Notes: generated by a model from the sequence alone, not told the origin. Positions 26,461 to 42,404 are shown, numbered from the stretch's first letter. The stretch: 64,000 nt of DNA from Chrysomallon squamiferum (GCA_012295275.1 CM022672.1:18166001-18230000), one strand, 5' to 3'. Made by a program: numbers and translations.

Positions 26461-26642
26461 TGTGTTTATGAGAGCGAGAGAAACAGAGAAAGAGAGAGAC
26501 AAAGAGAGAGAGACATGACAGAAACATCCTTTGAAATATATACATTGGGAAAGTCATGACTCAGCATGTGGTAGAAAACGAACTGTAAATTAATTTCAAT
26601 GAAAAACAACTAAAATACCTAGTTATATATATTCTACATATT

Positions 26643-26707
<65 letters not shown>

Positions 26708-27436
26708 AGCCGTTCGTCAAACAGAAACCTATTTCAAACTTACAGACATACGTACATACATACATATACATACGACACACACACATATATATATACATAC
26801 ATATACACACGAGCATAAATACAAAAACACGAACGGACGTATATACATACATACACGCAAGCACCCATACAAGCGCACGCACATACATACTCAGATACAT
26901 ACACAAACGTACATAATTATATACAGACATAACAGTCCTTATCTACATTGATAGAGAAATTTACATGCTTTGTTTTTTTTAACGAAAATTACACCACCAA
27001 CCTCGTTTTATGTCATAGTCATTTAATCTCAAATCAATCCATTTTTGATAATCCTAATTCGAAAATTAGCATCAAATCTGTCTTGGCACGCTTAAAAAAT
27101 TACATACTGATGTTCCTCTTTTTTTTTTTTTTTTTTTTTTTTATCTTAATTTGAAAATTTGAATGCGCTTTGTATTCGCCACGTGCAAAAGCTGTGCACG
27201 CGACTTTTATCTTAATTCGAAAATTGGCGTACGGCGTGTAAACTGAACTTTTGCATGATATGTTAATTAGGGACTGATATTTCAATTACTGCTACGTTAA
27301 AATAAGCGATATTGATGACACGCATACTGACGTGTTATCAGTCTAGTGGATTTGAAACTGTTTATAATTTTGTCTTATCGGAAGTTTTCGGAAAATATGA
27401 AATGATGAGCTGCTGTAAAATACCGAAGAGAGCTGA

Positions 27437-27473
<37 letters not shown>

Positions 27474-27716
27474 CTCCGACACAATATGAAATGCGTAAAG
27501 ATAGTACTGAAGTGAAGCGAAACCAAAATAATTTGCATCTACATGAATAAAAGACAGCTTTGTAGATAAAAAAAATATATAAAAAAAAAAGAGAAAAAAA
27601 AAAAGAGAGGATAAAACGAAGAATGAAATTAGAGAAGAAAGCAAGAAATGAAGAAATGATATTTCATTATGATATTAATTTTTCATTTTTTATTTTTTCT
27701 CAGGTTTTTTTTTTAC

Positions 27717-27778
<62 letters not shown>

Positions 27779-27811
27779 GTAGTAGTAGTAATTGTAGTAC
27801 CATTAGTAGTA

Positions 27812-28247
27812 GTAACAATCAGCAAAAAACACACACGTAGACATATGAATTATGATAGAGACAGATAGACAGACATACAGAAGACAGAAAGAGAAAAGCA
27901 AACAATAAAAAAAAAAATGCCATAATAAAAGCGGAAAAAGATAAACAGATTAAATCAGAAAAATTCACAAACGAACAAACAGTATTTCAACAATGAACAG
28001 ACAGTAAACGTATTCTTTTTGTTTTGAAACGTAACAACTGATAGAGTAGTAACAAGATAAACCCTGATTTAAATATATATATATATCAAAATGACTGCTC
28101 GTGTACCTTTAACAAACTGGCATTTAACATGTAATAATTAAATACAAACATGTAACTTAATTAATAAAATTAATAAATAAAGGCAAAAAAAAAAAAAAAA
28201 AAAATGCAAAAATTAAATAAATAAATAAATAAACGTTTCATAATGTA
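27812..28247 (-). repeat. Right arm of the long inverted repeat
   Basis: Reverse complement of 24685-25135 with small indels. Confidence 0.92.
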
Positions 28248-28954
28248 TTAATATTAACAGAAGTAGTAATAGCAGAGATATAGAATTAGTAGTAGTAGCG
28301 GTAGTACTAGAAGAGCTAGTTTACTGATTTGATGTTTATGAAAGATTAGGTTTCAGTTGTAGATATACTCGTTTCTTGTGCTGTCAATGATAAAATGGTG
28401 GTGATGATGATGATGATGATGTTAGTAACAATAATAATAATAAAAAGTAATATCTGAAAAAGAAACGTTACTAATCTAATCTACAGCTTATTTATAAACT
28501 GTCCTCAGATCTGAGCAAATTAAATACTCAAGCACGCCTTGTCAGGCGCAGCTTCAACGCCTGCATAGCCTGCTAAACCTACTGAAGATTCAGCCGCTAG
28601 GAAAGGACCAACGAAAGAATTCTAAATTCATGCTCGGCTTCGTTTTCAAGTTATGCCCCAGTGGATGATGGTGGCTTGAGTTTCGCACTAAATCACTTCT
28701 TACTTTGAATTTATGGCATTATTAACGAGCAAACGCCACCAGGAACCCAACAATAGGGTAAATGAAAAGTGACGTCGAGAATTTGAAATGGCACATTTAT
28801 CGGACATTTTTTTTTTTTTTTTTTTTTTCCGGCTTGGTAGCGCTGTTTCGTTCTCTTGTACAGATGCGTGCCACGTATATTTTTACCTGCTAATTACTCA
28901 CTGAGGGACGGGAGTAAGATACACCGTGCTGATAGACGATGTTAAGTTTTTGTC

Positions 28955-29605
28955 TTTGAAAATAAAACTGATTCTCAGGGAGTTGAAAATAACATTGATT
29001 CCGACGGTGGAAAATAACATTGATTCTGACAGTGGAAAATAACATTGATTCCGACATTTGAAGAAAAAAACATCCAAAATAACAATTCAAAACCCAAAAC
29101 AACAAAACAACAACAACAAAAAAAAAAACATTGATTCTCATAATTTAAAATAACACTTGTTCTGTCATAGATGATTAAAAAAAAAAAAAAAAAAACCAAA
29201 AGAACCACATGATTCTGACAATAATTGAAAATAATTACATCTGACATCTCACAGTTTAAAATAACATAATTCTTAACTGACATGAAAAACACACTGATTC
29301 TTGCAGCTGAAAATAAAACTGATTCTGAATTGGTAGAAAATGACATAGATTTTGATAGTGAAAAAAAAAAAAAAAAAAAAACCCAACAATCAATTAAATT
29401 AAAAAGTTAAAAACCCAACAAACAATTAAAATAACATTAATTCTGACAGCTGAAAATAACACTGAATCAGACAACAATTGAAAATAATTTTGGCATTCTG
29501 ACAGTTGAAAATAAAACTGATTCCGAAAGAACTGAAAACAAAACTGATGCTGAGAGTTTAAAATAACACTGATTCTAACCATAAGAAAAATAACACTGAC
29601 TTGAG
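28955..29605. repeat. Degenerate ~25-bp minisatellite (gaaaataacattgattctgacagtt)
   Basis: About 20 diverged units interrupted by poly-A runs. Confidence 0.85.
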
Positions 29606-30565
29606 AGATGATCTACAAAAATTAAAGATCAACCAAGTCTGTTTTACAAATCCATTCACTGTCTAGGACTCAGTTATTTCATCATCAAACAAGATCTGTT
29701 CTGTCCCCCCCATTATATTCACACTTCCATTCATTTATTCACTAAGCATTCTAAACATCTATTAGTCTACAGAACCTAAAATAATCTGTTAATTTGTCTA
29801 ACCTACTAACACACTAACATTTATTTATCCATCCATCCATAATAATCGTCCCATTTGCATATCCAGCCCAACGAATCACACCTAACATTTGTCCTGTTGT
29901 TTCGTCCATCAATGCCAGCATTCATTCATTCATTCATTCATTTATTTATCGTCCCACTTGCACGCCAGTTCATCCATAGAACCTATAATACGTCCAGTGC
30001 AATAAACAACACATTACTAACATTCGTCCGTCCATTCGTCCGTCATTCCTATCCACGTTTTATCAGACGCTTTTACTGGAGCTGAAAAGAAATATAATCT
30101 CCCGCAGGCATAACTCCGAACATTTGATAGTTTGGTCGGAATGGAACGGGGACGTCACCAACAGCCACAACGGCAGTAAATAGCACTTAGATTACACGAG
30201 AACAAGAGACAGACAGAGAGAGAGAGAGAGAAAGAGAAAGAGAGCTGGTCCGATACCGGGGTAAAAAGAGTCAGGAGGAAATTAATGTATTGTGATATTA
30301 CCTATCACGTATACATGTGGCTCACACGTGCGGGGCAAACTTTCTTGTACGGCTTTTAAATGGCTTTTTGGCACGACCCGATACTCGCAGCTACGTCAGA
30401 TATTTTCCTCTTTACACGACTTTGTGGCGCTGGCATGTAACTGCTCCGACTACACGTCAGTACAGCAAGGTGCGCTAATTAATAATCCACTCGGCCGGCC
30501 CTGTTTTTTTTTAGTTGTTTATTATTTATAGGTTTGTTTTAATAGAAAAGGAATTAATAAATCTG

Positions 30566-30610
<45 letters not shown>

Positions 30611-31771
30611 TAAAGTAAACAAAGATATATAAATAAATGTAATAAATACGCTAAAAATAAGTAAGTGCACGGAATACAATAACATAAATAAAACAAATAA
30701 AATAAAATAAATAAATAAATAAATAAATAAATTTGGCAATATGTCTGCGTGTGTGTGTATATATATGTATGTTCGTATGTATGTATATATCTATTTATTT
30801 ATCTATCTATAATATTATGTAAAAGAAAATCTTCATAAGAAATAACAACAACAAAAACAGAAAAAACTAACTAAATCCCCAACATCAGCAATAAAACCAT
30901 TATCCTCTCACTATAAACAACAACAAGAACAACATCAACACAAATATTTGTAAAATAAAATGGTACCAACAATTACCGCCACAACACAAAGCCGTCCCAG
31001 CGAATGTGTTAACAACAACAAACGTTTTCATTTAAGTGGACCAATAGACCTTCGACTCATTATAAACGGTTTTCGACTATCTGGAAATTCGTACAAATGG
31101 ATGACTTCGGCACCAAACCTTTCATCGCCATGTGCTCCTAACAGTCATTAGCTTGCAATGATAGATGAAACGCTGTGTTCAAGTATCCACACTAGAAGAT
31201 GGTCGTTTCAAGCAGAGAGAGTTTGCCTTATCCAGTCTGTTATTTCTATGGAGTTCGAGATTAATGCTTCGAGAAAGCGAAAATATTTACAATCGAGAAA
31301 AGAAAGATATTGGCACAAGAGAGAACTGAATTTCGAAACGAATTAGTAAATACTAATATTATAGCAATTGTTTGATAAGTCATAGAGGTAGTGCTTTGTG
31401 AAAGAATGAATGAATAAATAAGTGAGGTGAGTGAATGAGTAAGTGAATAAATAAGTAAATGAGTAAGAGGATGAATGAAATAATAAGTGAATGATTGAAT
31501 TAACGAATAAAATTATTTTTTGAATAAATAATACTGAACTCGTTTTATGAAAACAAAAAAAATATGTATTACTTTTTGCACTGAATAATATCAAAGGGTA
31601 AAACCATTATACTGTATATTGTTATCCATTAGCAGCAAACGATATACCTTCTCACTGAAGGGGAAAACACAGTTTTGATGAACCAGATGTGAATCATTGA
31701 TTGGAACGTGATAGCAGCAGTACTAATTAATTATTGTAATAAGGAAGAAAAAAAATTATCTCGTTTCTTAA

Positions 31772-31838
<67 letters not shown>

Positions 31839-32779
31839 AAGAGAGAAGAAGAAAGCTAGCTACTTACTACTATTCTAAATAAAAATAAAAATAATATATG
31901 TAACAATTGTCATGCTTTCATACTGAACACACATATATACACACACATACACACAAACATGTATACATAATGCTAAGAAAAGTATCTAAATATATGCAAA
32001 AAATTTTTTACTTCAAACTGAGAACATTTTTTTTTCAGATGACAGCAGATTAAACGTCAGCTTTGAATATTAATAACCGTAGTGTCAAAACGAACCCGCA
32101 ATCTTGACTTGAACAGTTACTTTTTTTCATTATACGACCCCGTATCTGCCTTAATGGATTGTTTCGTCACACTGCATGTAGATAAGACAAAAGGAAACCC
32201 GATCTGGATATCACTGGCTCGGGTTCACCAAGGGGGAAAGAGTCAAAGGCTAACAACACACACAAAAAAACTAACCTAAGCGCTAAGGACGTGCCAACGG
32301 TCCGCCATCAACACATGGGTAGAAATCTTAAGAATTCTGATTAGAGTTACCCTCCTTTCTCGGAGCTCTCCCCGATAAGATAAATGAACATGTTCGCTGA
32401 CAGCGAGCGGGTCCTTTGGCGGATACTTTCCGATACTGCGCTTTTACACCGCTTTACTCCGTTTTACTGCGCGTTTACTGCACGTTTTACTGCGCTTTTA
32501 CTGCGCTTTGCGGAGAGGCAGCAGCAGATTCACGGTCCCGACGCGGGAGATCCGCCCGTTTTTTTTACAGTTCTGGAGTTGAGCCACAAAAAAAAACCGT
32601 CGCGAAGTTTCGCGTCAGCCAGCTACGTCGGCAAATGTCGGGTGTCAGAGGAAGGCGCTGACAGCAACTTTCAGCAGATGGCACAGCATAATTAGCCGAG
32701 GAAGAGTGTCAGAATTTCGCGATGGTTTTGCTGCTGCTACGAAACGATTAATGGATGGTTTGTATATGGGGGATATATA

Positions 32780-32810
<31 letters not shown>

Positions 32811-33544
32811 AAAGAAAGAAAATATTTTTAAGTGTTAGAGAAGAAGAAAAGAGTGAGAGTTAAATGTTGGTTTATTTATTATATGCCGGTTGAAAGGAGA
32901 GAGAGAGAGAGAGAGAGAGAAAACAAATTGTTATAGGTAGAAAACAGAAATATAAAGAGACAAAGACCTTAAATAAACTGCGAGGAAAGTGTAAGAAAGT
33001 AATAATAAAAATAAATAAATAAAAATAAAAATAAATGACACCTTTATGATGATGGTTTTCTTCTTGTTTTTTTTTTTTTTCTTTAAATTTATTGGGACTT
33101 AGAATTAAAAAGAAGATAATAAACTAATAAATGAAAAAAAAAAAAAATAAAAAAATAAACAAAATAATAATAAATAAAAAAAAAAATAAACAAATAAATA
33201 AACAAATAAAAAATTAAAAAACCCACATATTTTTCTGATTGTCGTTACTTGTATGTCTAATATAAGTGTGTACAGCCGTACCTACATACATACATACACA
33301 TGCATACATACACATACTTCTATAAAGAAAAATGAAAATAAATTTAAGAAAGAAAGAACGAAATGAAAACTGAGTAAACATTTAAAGAATAGAAGTGGAA
33401 ACTGCCTTAGTTTCAAAAACGTAGTCGCAATGATAGCCTGATAAGAGAATAAGTAAAACTATTAATATTATTTATACTTCTTAATGAAGTTGATGAAATG
33501 AATATAATTATGATGATGATGATAATAATTTTCATTCATTCAAC

Positions 33545-33575
<31 letters not shown>

Positions 33576-34532
33576 GTTATTTATTATCAGTTTCTTTTTT
33601 TGATGTTGTCGTTGTCATTATTGTTGTGTAGTATGATGATATGGTGATGGCGAAATTTTTGTACAACATTTATTATTATTATTGTTCCTGTTTTTAATAT
33701 TTATTTTAAATTATAAAATATTTTATTCAACAACTTTTCTACCTATCAAAAAAAGCAAAAACGTTTATTTTTCTCTAACCAAACCAAACTTTCCCTCCAA
33801 ACATATAACTCCCTTGCATATTTGTTTTCTCAAAAAAAAAAAAAAAAAAAAAAACCAAAAAGTCCAAAAACTCTTTACATATAATATTATTATTACCTGG
33901 AGAGGGTTAGTTTCTTAATCTTTTTTTTTTTTTTTTTTTTTTTAATTTTTTTAATTTTTTTTTTTAACCATAATTATTATTATTATTTTTTTTTTTTTTT
34001 TTTTTTTTCTTGGAACAGATATCTTTTCTAATTTTCAATTTCCATCAAAAGCAAGTGATCAGAAGACTTGGCAATGCATGTTGTTAGTCGCTTTTTAATT
34101 CGCATTTTTAATTACAGCTACGAGCTCCCCACCACTTTCCTATTTGCCATTCCAATAGGGCCAATCTAAAGTTACACTGAGCCAAGCGCAATAAATTTTC
34201 GAATGGCTTTCATGAGTGCGTCTTAGAACTCCGCGAACCCCGCAGAACAGGCGGAAATGCCGAAATTCTGTTACGCCCCGACAGCGAGATACGACCCAAC
34301 TCAGACGCAGTGGCGTCAATATGAAATCTTGGTTATGTTTACTGGAAATGTGTCTTGGGACATCACGTTAAGCCAGAGACGTTGGCAGTTTGCAAATTAT
34401 TATTGTGTGAGAAGAGGGGAAAAACTGGGGGGAAAACCATTTTTTTTTTTTTTTTTTTTCTCGCCGTCTCGGTTGTAATAGCTGCAGGCGAAAATGTTTA
34501 AAATGTTAATTGAGCCTAGGGTTGTTTTTAAT

Positions 34533-34565
<33 letters not shown>

Positions 34566-34932
34566 GTAATAATAATAATAATCATATATATATATAAAAA
34601 ATATAAAATAAAATAATTCAATACAAAAAAATTAAAATAGTAATAAATAGAATTATTAATAAAAAAAATGTTTATAATATAAAATAAAGTTAAATTTAAA
34701 ATAAAATAAATACTACGTGAAAAAGTTCTAAAATACGTACATAAATGTTTCATAATGTTACTTTGTGTAAATAGAATATTTAAAAGTACATAATCTCTAT
34801 AGACGATAACGAATTTCAAAAAGTAAATGACGTGATGAAGTTTCGAAAAGAGTATGAGATAAACTATTCGAGATAAAAAAAAGGTTTCATAAAGCATATA
34901 GGATTATAAAAGTTTTATAATCGATAGATATG

Positions 34933-35280
34933 TTTCCCAATGTAATCATTTTGTTCTCAGTGTAATTATTTTAAAGTTTCTCAATGTAATTATTTAAAAG
35001 TTTCTCAATGTAATCATTTAAAAGTTTCTCAATGTAATTATTTAAAAGTTTCTCAGTGTAATTATTTAAAAGTTTCTCAATGTAATATTTAAAAGTTTCT
35101 CAATGTAATTTTTTAAAAGTTTCTCAGTGTAATTATTTAAAAGTTTCTCAATGTAATCATTTAAAAGTTTCTCAATGTAATTTTTAAAAAGTTTCTCAGT
35201 GTAATCATTTCAAAGTTTCTCAATGTAATTATTTAAAAGTTTCTCAGTGAACACGATTTAAAACGTTTCTCAATGTAAAC
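34933..35280. repeat. 24-bp minisatellite (aatgtaattatttaaaagtttctc), ~14 copies
   Basis: Head-to-tail, highly similar units with no spacers. Confidence 0.95.
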
Positions 35281-38200
35281 ATGATCTCAAATGTTTCTTA
35301 ATTTACAGAATACAGAAAAAAAAAAGGAAAAAAATTTCATATTAACATTCTGTGCATCATATTTCCTTTTGTTATTAAAAGATAATAATAATTATATTGA
35401 AAAAAAAAAAAAAAAAAAAAAAGAACCAGAAACAATATCTTAAACAGAAATAAATTATCTTAAATACATTATCCTTACATTTTCACTCTTCAAATTAAAA
35501 AACCCACTAACTATTTTATGTTCTGCTGTACAGTTAATTATGCTTGTACCCTTCATGCCGCTGTATTACGCCACTGAGGCGCCTGCACAGGATACTTACA
35601 ACTCGTAATGGGGAGGCGAGGGGTTGGAAGAAGGGCAATAAATAACGCGAATCGTTCTGAAATAGAAAATACTTAAATCTGTACCATTTCAAGTACGACG
35701 ACTTTGTAAAATAAAAATTTGTTTCGTACGCACGTTAGTATAAATATTCAAGTACGTACGTACGTATTATACCTGTGTACGTTGTCAGTAAAGATTGTGT
35801 GTGTACGGACGAACGTACATACGTATGTGTGAATTCACACACACACACACACATATATATAAACACATACACATAAACACACATACAGACATACAAACAT
35901 GCATATATATATACACACACACACACACACATACATACACATACACATATATAAACATACACCTACACATAGACAAACATACACAAATACAGGCACATAC
36001 ACATATAAAACACACACACACACATATGTATTTACTTGAGAATTGCGCCATGCTCACGAATATAATATTACTACTGCTGTTGTTGTCATGATCATTTTCT
36101 ATTGTTTCAAAGTCTATTTTTGCCACTTTATTTTTAATTTTTTTAAACATTTTTGCTGTTGTTTTAGTTGTTGTTCTTTGTTCTGTTACTGTTACAAATA
36201 TCTCATTACACGAAACTTAAGTTACGAGACATTGGAATAGAAAGAGAATCTTTGACTTGGAGATTTAAAAAAAAAATAATAATAATAATAATATAAAATA
36301 AATAAATAAATAATGTAAAAAAAAATGGAAAGAAAATTAAAAAACAAAAGAATAAGATAAAAAAAAATATATATATAAAAAGTTTTAAAAATGGAACAAG
36401 ACGGGGAAAAAAAAAAAAAAAAAAAAAAAGAAAAAAAGAAAAAAAAAAAGGAAACACTTACAAGAAGCCTACAAATTCTTTCAGTCCAAAAAATGCAATA
36501 ATAATATTTTGCCATATGTGCCTGTTCAAGAACGTTTGTCGACAGTACATGACTGAGCATTCCACAACGATGTTCTGTGTTCACGTCGTAAAGTACTGTG
36601 CGGGATGCAGCAGGCTAGACGTTAGCTAAATAACCGAGAAGTGGCCTGTCGTAAAACATACGTGTACATCGAGGAGAAACTCCGACAACTAAGTGTGCAG
36701 CTACTTGAAGCACTAGAGAATAATATACGTACAAGTTTTATTGTTGAAATTAATGTACGTTTGTATTTGTGTTTGTGTGTGTGTATTTATGTATATATGT
36801 GTATGTGAGTTTTTAATGTGTATATGAGTATGTTATATATGTGTTTGTATGTTTCTGTGTATGTATGTATGCATGTATATATTATGTATGTATGTATGTA
36901 TGTATTTATGTATGTATGTATGTATGTATGTATGTATGTATGTATGTATGTATGTATGTATGTATGTATGTATGTATGTATGTATGTATGTATGTATGTA
37001 TGTATGTATGTATGTAGTATATTTGTAAATAATCGAAGAAATTCGAAAGACCAAACAGACAAGGATGAAACATAAATCAAAAGAGGGAAAATACTATAGC
37101 GTTGCAATTACCTTAACGATGACTGCTACCACTAACAACTTACTAATAATATCACTACTACTACTGCCAACATCAGTACTACCACGCCTACTGCTACTAC
37201 TCCTATTGCTACTACTATAATCATTGTTATTACCATTAATACTACCATAACCTACAATTATAACCAGCACCATCACTACCACTACTGTATCACTACTACC
37301 ACTAAAACCACTATTACTATAATCGTATTGGCAGATATTTGCACTAATATCTAATTTCATATTTAAAACAAACCAAAAAAAGCAAACAAGAAAGATACTG
37401 CAACAATAACAACAACAACAGTAATAATAATAATAAACAGATAAATAAATAAGTAATAAACGAATGCATAAAATAAACAAAAGGACCAGAAAAAATTAAT
37501 AATAATAAAAAAATAGTGATTTTCGACAAAACATATCAGATTCCAAAATGCTATACTTTCTTACGCATGACAAACACAACCATCATAAAAAAAAAAAAAA
37601 AAAAAAACTATCTCCATTAACAAAACAAAAAAACAAAAAAAACACCCCCAAAACATAACCTTTCTGTAATTATTATTTATTTTAAAAAACGTGCTTTATC
37701 TTTATCTTTTTCTCTTTTCCACACAACTCCGAGATAGACGTTATTCTGTGCCGTTTTAATTGCCGTCTCTCCTCAACCACTCAGCGAAACGTACACAAAC
37801 AATCTCAGATAGGGACATTTTACTATCAGCATCCACTTCTTCAAGGCCGATACCATTATTATTATTCACTCGACATGCGTGCTTACAAACACACTGGTGC
37901 GAGGAACCAGTGCACGCCGGAGCGGAACATGTCTAAATAACCGGTGCACGTGGCTTTGTTGGGAGACGTTTGTGCAGAGCGTTCTTGTAATAAAGGCTTT
38001 GATGTCAGGGTTTGCGGATAAACTACAACGGAACAAGATCGGGGGCTGATAAATCTTCAATTATCTAGAAATGAATGATTTTTTTTTTTTTTTTTTTTTT
38101 TTTTGGGGGGGGGGGTTTTGTTGTTGTTGTTTTTTTTTTTTTTTTTTTTTTTGGTGAGTAGTTAAGCGACCTAAACGGCAGTGGTGGAAAAAGAAATAAA

Positions 38201-38633
38201 TAAATAAAGAAAATATAAGAGAACAACGATTGAACAACAAAATAAATAATAATAATAATAATTAAAAAAATGAATAAAAACAAAATTATTAAATAAATAA
38301 ATAATAAATAATAAAAAAATAATAATAAATAATAAAAAAGCTGACTAAATAAAATAAATAGATAGATAAATAAATAAATAAATAAAATTAATAAAATTAA
38401 TAAATTAAAAATATAAACATAAATAAAGAAACTACTAACATTATTATATTTTTATATTATATTTATTATTATTATTATTATTAGTAGTAGTAGTAGTAGT
38501 AGTAGTAGTTCTAGTACTAGTACTAGTAATAGCAGTAGTACTAATAGTATTAGCTGTTGTTGTAGCAGGAGTAAAAACACTAGTAGTGATAGCGTTGGCG
38601 ATAATAGCAGTAGCAGCAGTTTTATCATTTTAC

Positions 38634-38667
<34 letters not shown>

Positions 38668-39139
38668 TTTCATTATGGTCATCAACATCATAATTATTTT
38701 TATTTATTATCTAAAAAAATATATATCGTTTTTAAACATATAAGCTGCTCATTCCTAAAGCAATTCATGAAAACACGATACTGATTCGAGCTGAATATTA
38801 AAACACCTAACTAATTTACTTCCCTAGCATTAAGTAGACTCACTTCTTATCTACTAGAGTTTTACCACAGATTAAACTCCACGGGATTAATTTACAAGGT
38901 GAGATATTTTACAAATACCGCGAAATGGATCCACCACAAATTTGCTGTTTATCTTGAAACACTGCAATAAATGAGAATCCTTCATCTTTTTTTTTCCTTC
39001 TTTTATTTCCCCCCTCAGTGCTCTTCGGTGACTTTTCTCCTTGTTAATCAAAATGCGTTTAAAGATATAACAAAAATTAATTAAATTCAGAATTATATAT
39101 TTATTTAACACACGATATCCAAGGTGATCCTTTATTCAT

Positions 39140-40125
39140 ACAAAGATAAGGATGTATGTTATTGTTTTCAAAACAAGAATGGATGTTTGATATTAAATAA
39201 TAGCATGTATTTTTCAAAATTAGTATGAATGTTTGATATTATAATAGCATTAATATTTAATAGCAAATAATTGGATGTATATTATTTTTCAAAACTAAAA
39301 GGGATGTTTCATATTAAATAATAGTATGGATGTTTAATATCAAATAATAGAATGCATATTATTTTTCAAAACTAGAAGGGATATTTGACATGAAATAATA
39401 GGTTGATTATTTATTTTAAAACAAACAAACAAAAAAAAAACAAAAAACAAATAGAAATATTCATTTTGAAAAAGTAGGATGAATGTTTAATTTAAAAGAA
39501 TCAGGATAAATAATTTATATTAAAAAAAAAGATGAATGCTTCATTTAAAATAGCAGGATTACTTTTTATTTAAAAAAAACAAATAACAACAGAACTAATA
39601 TTTTATTTAATACGAAAAACATCTGTGTCCAAGAAAAAGTATAAAGATTCAGTTTAAAATAAGTGTATGAACTTAAATGTCAGACTGAACATGTAATTTC
39701 AAAGAAGCGAATGAATGTTTGATTTGTAACGAATAAGTCAGATATATATTTTTTCAAAGTTTCACATAATAAGAACGCAAGAATTATGTTTTATTTTTTA
39801 CAATTAAACATTTTTGTTTAATGATTTGAGATACGAAGAACAGATTAGATCTTCGCAGCAAAAAGAAATAATTTTAAAATATTTAAAACTCGCCTGATAA
39901 ATTGGTTAAGCCTCAACAAAAAGTCACAAATAATGTATGTTAAATAACAGAAGTGAAGTAAGACATTTGAAATGAAAAAAGACAGAAGAAAAATATTTGA
40001 AACGAAAAAAAAAAAAAAAAAAAGACAGAAGAAACATATTTGAAATGAAAAAAAAAAAAAAAAAAAAAGACGGAAGAAAAATATTTGAAATAAAAAATAA
40101 CCCAGAAGAAATATATTTCAAATAA
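39140..40125. repeat. Old degenerate tandem repeats (gaatggatgtttgatattaaataatag type; then aaagacagaagaaaaatatttgaaa x4-5 at 39960-40125)
   Basis: Recurrent diverged motifs at roughly regular spacing. Confidence 0.6.
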
Positions 40126-41568
40126 CAAAAGACATTGTAAAAATCTGGAGTCTTATGTTTATCATCAGTTATTTTGCAGACTGGTAATTAAAATATTGAG
40201 AAAACAAAACAAAAAAAGAACAACATCTGAGAAGTTTGCCATCTGACAAGCATATAACGTTTGAAAAACAAAAGAATCTAAATCCCCAGCTTTTAGAAAT
40301 CATCGGAATAGTAATTGGACTTATCTGTCGTGTGACGACAGATTGTTTTTTTCCTTTTTTTTTTTTTTTTTTCTTCTTTTTTGTATACGGAAAAAAAAAA
40401 TCAACAAAACAAAGATAAAGAAAAAGACCAAATGTTAACAGTGGATTGCAAACGCAAAAAATAACAACAACACTGATGATGATGATATTATTATTATTAT
40501 CCTCATTAGTATTATCATCATCATCATCATCATAAAGAGACAATAACAATAAAAGTAGTTTTAGACGTTTCAATAGTATAACAGAACTAGCAGCAGTTGT
40601 AGTAACAGCCGTAATTTTAATACTAGTATAGAACAGTAATTGCTGTTCTCATAGTACCAAAATACTAACAAGATATACTGTAATGCTCAAAACAAACAGA
40701 AACACGGACAGACTGACAAAAAGAAGAAGAAGAAGTTATTAACGTTAATACATCAACGTTCAGAAGCGACAAACAGCGTAAGCACTGGACTGAGTGAAAA
40801 CTGCGACTATAAACTTTTCCTCTCCACACAAAAGTCTGCCGGGTTTAAAACTCGCTCTACGCGTCGGATATTGGAACACAGGGGGTGGCGGAAACTTAGA
40901 CAGCTAATATAAGCCAGATCATTTATGTGTCATTGATACGGCAGTTTAAACCAGCTAGCAGTTTGTGCGCATGTTCGCACATGTTGCACACATTTCGCAA
41001 AAACTAGCAATGCAGTTAGTTCAGTTTCATTGAAATAGTGTTTACTCTTTATATTAATTTTCAGAGTGTGAATTTCTTCGGTGTGTGTGTGTTTTTTGTG
41101 TTGTTACGTATGTGGATGTGTGGCCTGGTGTCAGAAGAAGTGTATTTTGTTGTTTTTGCGTATATACGTATGTGTGTGTGTATGTGTGTTTTAAAATACG
41201 TTTTGTTGTCATATGTACGTATGTCTTAATCGATTAGACTGCACACAGAGAGAAAAAAATCAGTACTGCAAATTTATATATATATATATATATATATCTG
41301 TCTGTAAGTGTGTTATGTTTATATGTTTACAATTCTAATTCAGTGACTGATGAATATAACCGCTATGGCTGATTTTAGAAGAAAAAAAAACACACACAAA
41401 AACCCACAACAACTTAAAACGTTTAAACTCAAAGCAACTGCCAAACAACAAAAAGAAAGAAAAAGAAAAAAAAAAAAAATACAATATCCCATAAATTTTC
41501 CCCTTCGTTTTTCTTCACATTGAAAGAATCATTCTGGAACTTTAAGTGAAAGTATCAATTTTTTTGTT

Positions 41569-41599
<31 letters not shown>

Positions 41600-42141
41600 T
41601 TTAGAAAGAATGTCTACGTCAACACTCTGCTGCAGCTCTCTGCTGCAACAATGCAACAATGACGACAGCGGGGATAAACAGCGGTTACACATGTCTCTGG
41701 TTATGCTCTGTGCAGTGTACACCTCCAACGTCAGCCTCTTCGTTTTCCTGCGAGCGAGCGAGAACCCGATACTCTTGACGAGAAAATAACGACGCACCGA
41801 CATTAAGATGTTATGTTTGAGACGATTTCCCAACAGCATCCGTGACCAGATGCACATTAGCGCGCACGCTGCGGCAAATAGCGCGTCCACGCAAAGATCG
41901 CTGCTTATCCCGAACACGAGCGTTTTCGTGGTAGGTGAAATTTCAGTTCTTGTGCAATAAAAATTGATATTTCAATACGAAATATTTTATTGTGTTTGTT
42001 GTTTTGAGAAAAGAAAAGAAAAAAAAAAGGAGATTGGGTTAGGAATAGCAGATGCACGTGGGGAAAGAGACAGCAAAATAAATACAAGTGCATTGTTGTG
42101 TTGTATGTTACGGTACGATACTTTTGAAATATAATATTAAT

Positions 42142-42201
<60 letters not shown>

Positions 42202-42404
42202 AATAAATAAATAAATAAATACATACATACATACGTATAAATAAAATAAAATAAAATAAAGTATAAATAAAATAAAATAAAAAAAAATTTTTTTTTTCAA
42301 AATAAATAATAAAAAAGTTATAAAACAGAAAAATTAATATTATGAGCTCCAAATTAATTTATTATATTTATTATTATTATTCTTGTCACTGTCACTGTCA
42401 TCGA

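Noticed and set aside
32675-32694. TWIST-homeodomain 'Coordinator' composite motif
   Set aside because: CAGATG and TAATTA are both present, but the 8-nt, non-A-rich spacer does not fit the described arrangement.
32384-32695. 103-aa ATG-initiated ORF in Prrx intron 1
   Set aside because: It has no recognisable domain, is partly built from an 11-13 bp repeat, and has no supporting exon structure. It is treated as regulatory sequence instead.
34933-35280. CRISPR-like regular repeats (also 49675-50260 and 61030-61380)
   Set aside because: They are head-to-tail units without unique spacers, with no cas genes and in a eukaryotic context, so they are minisatellites.
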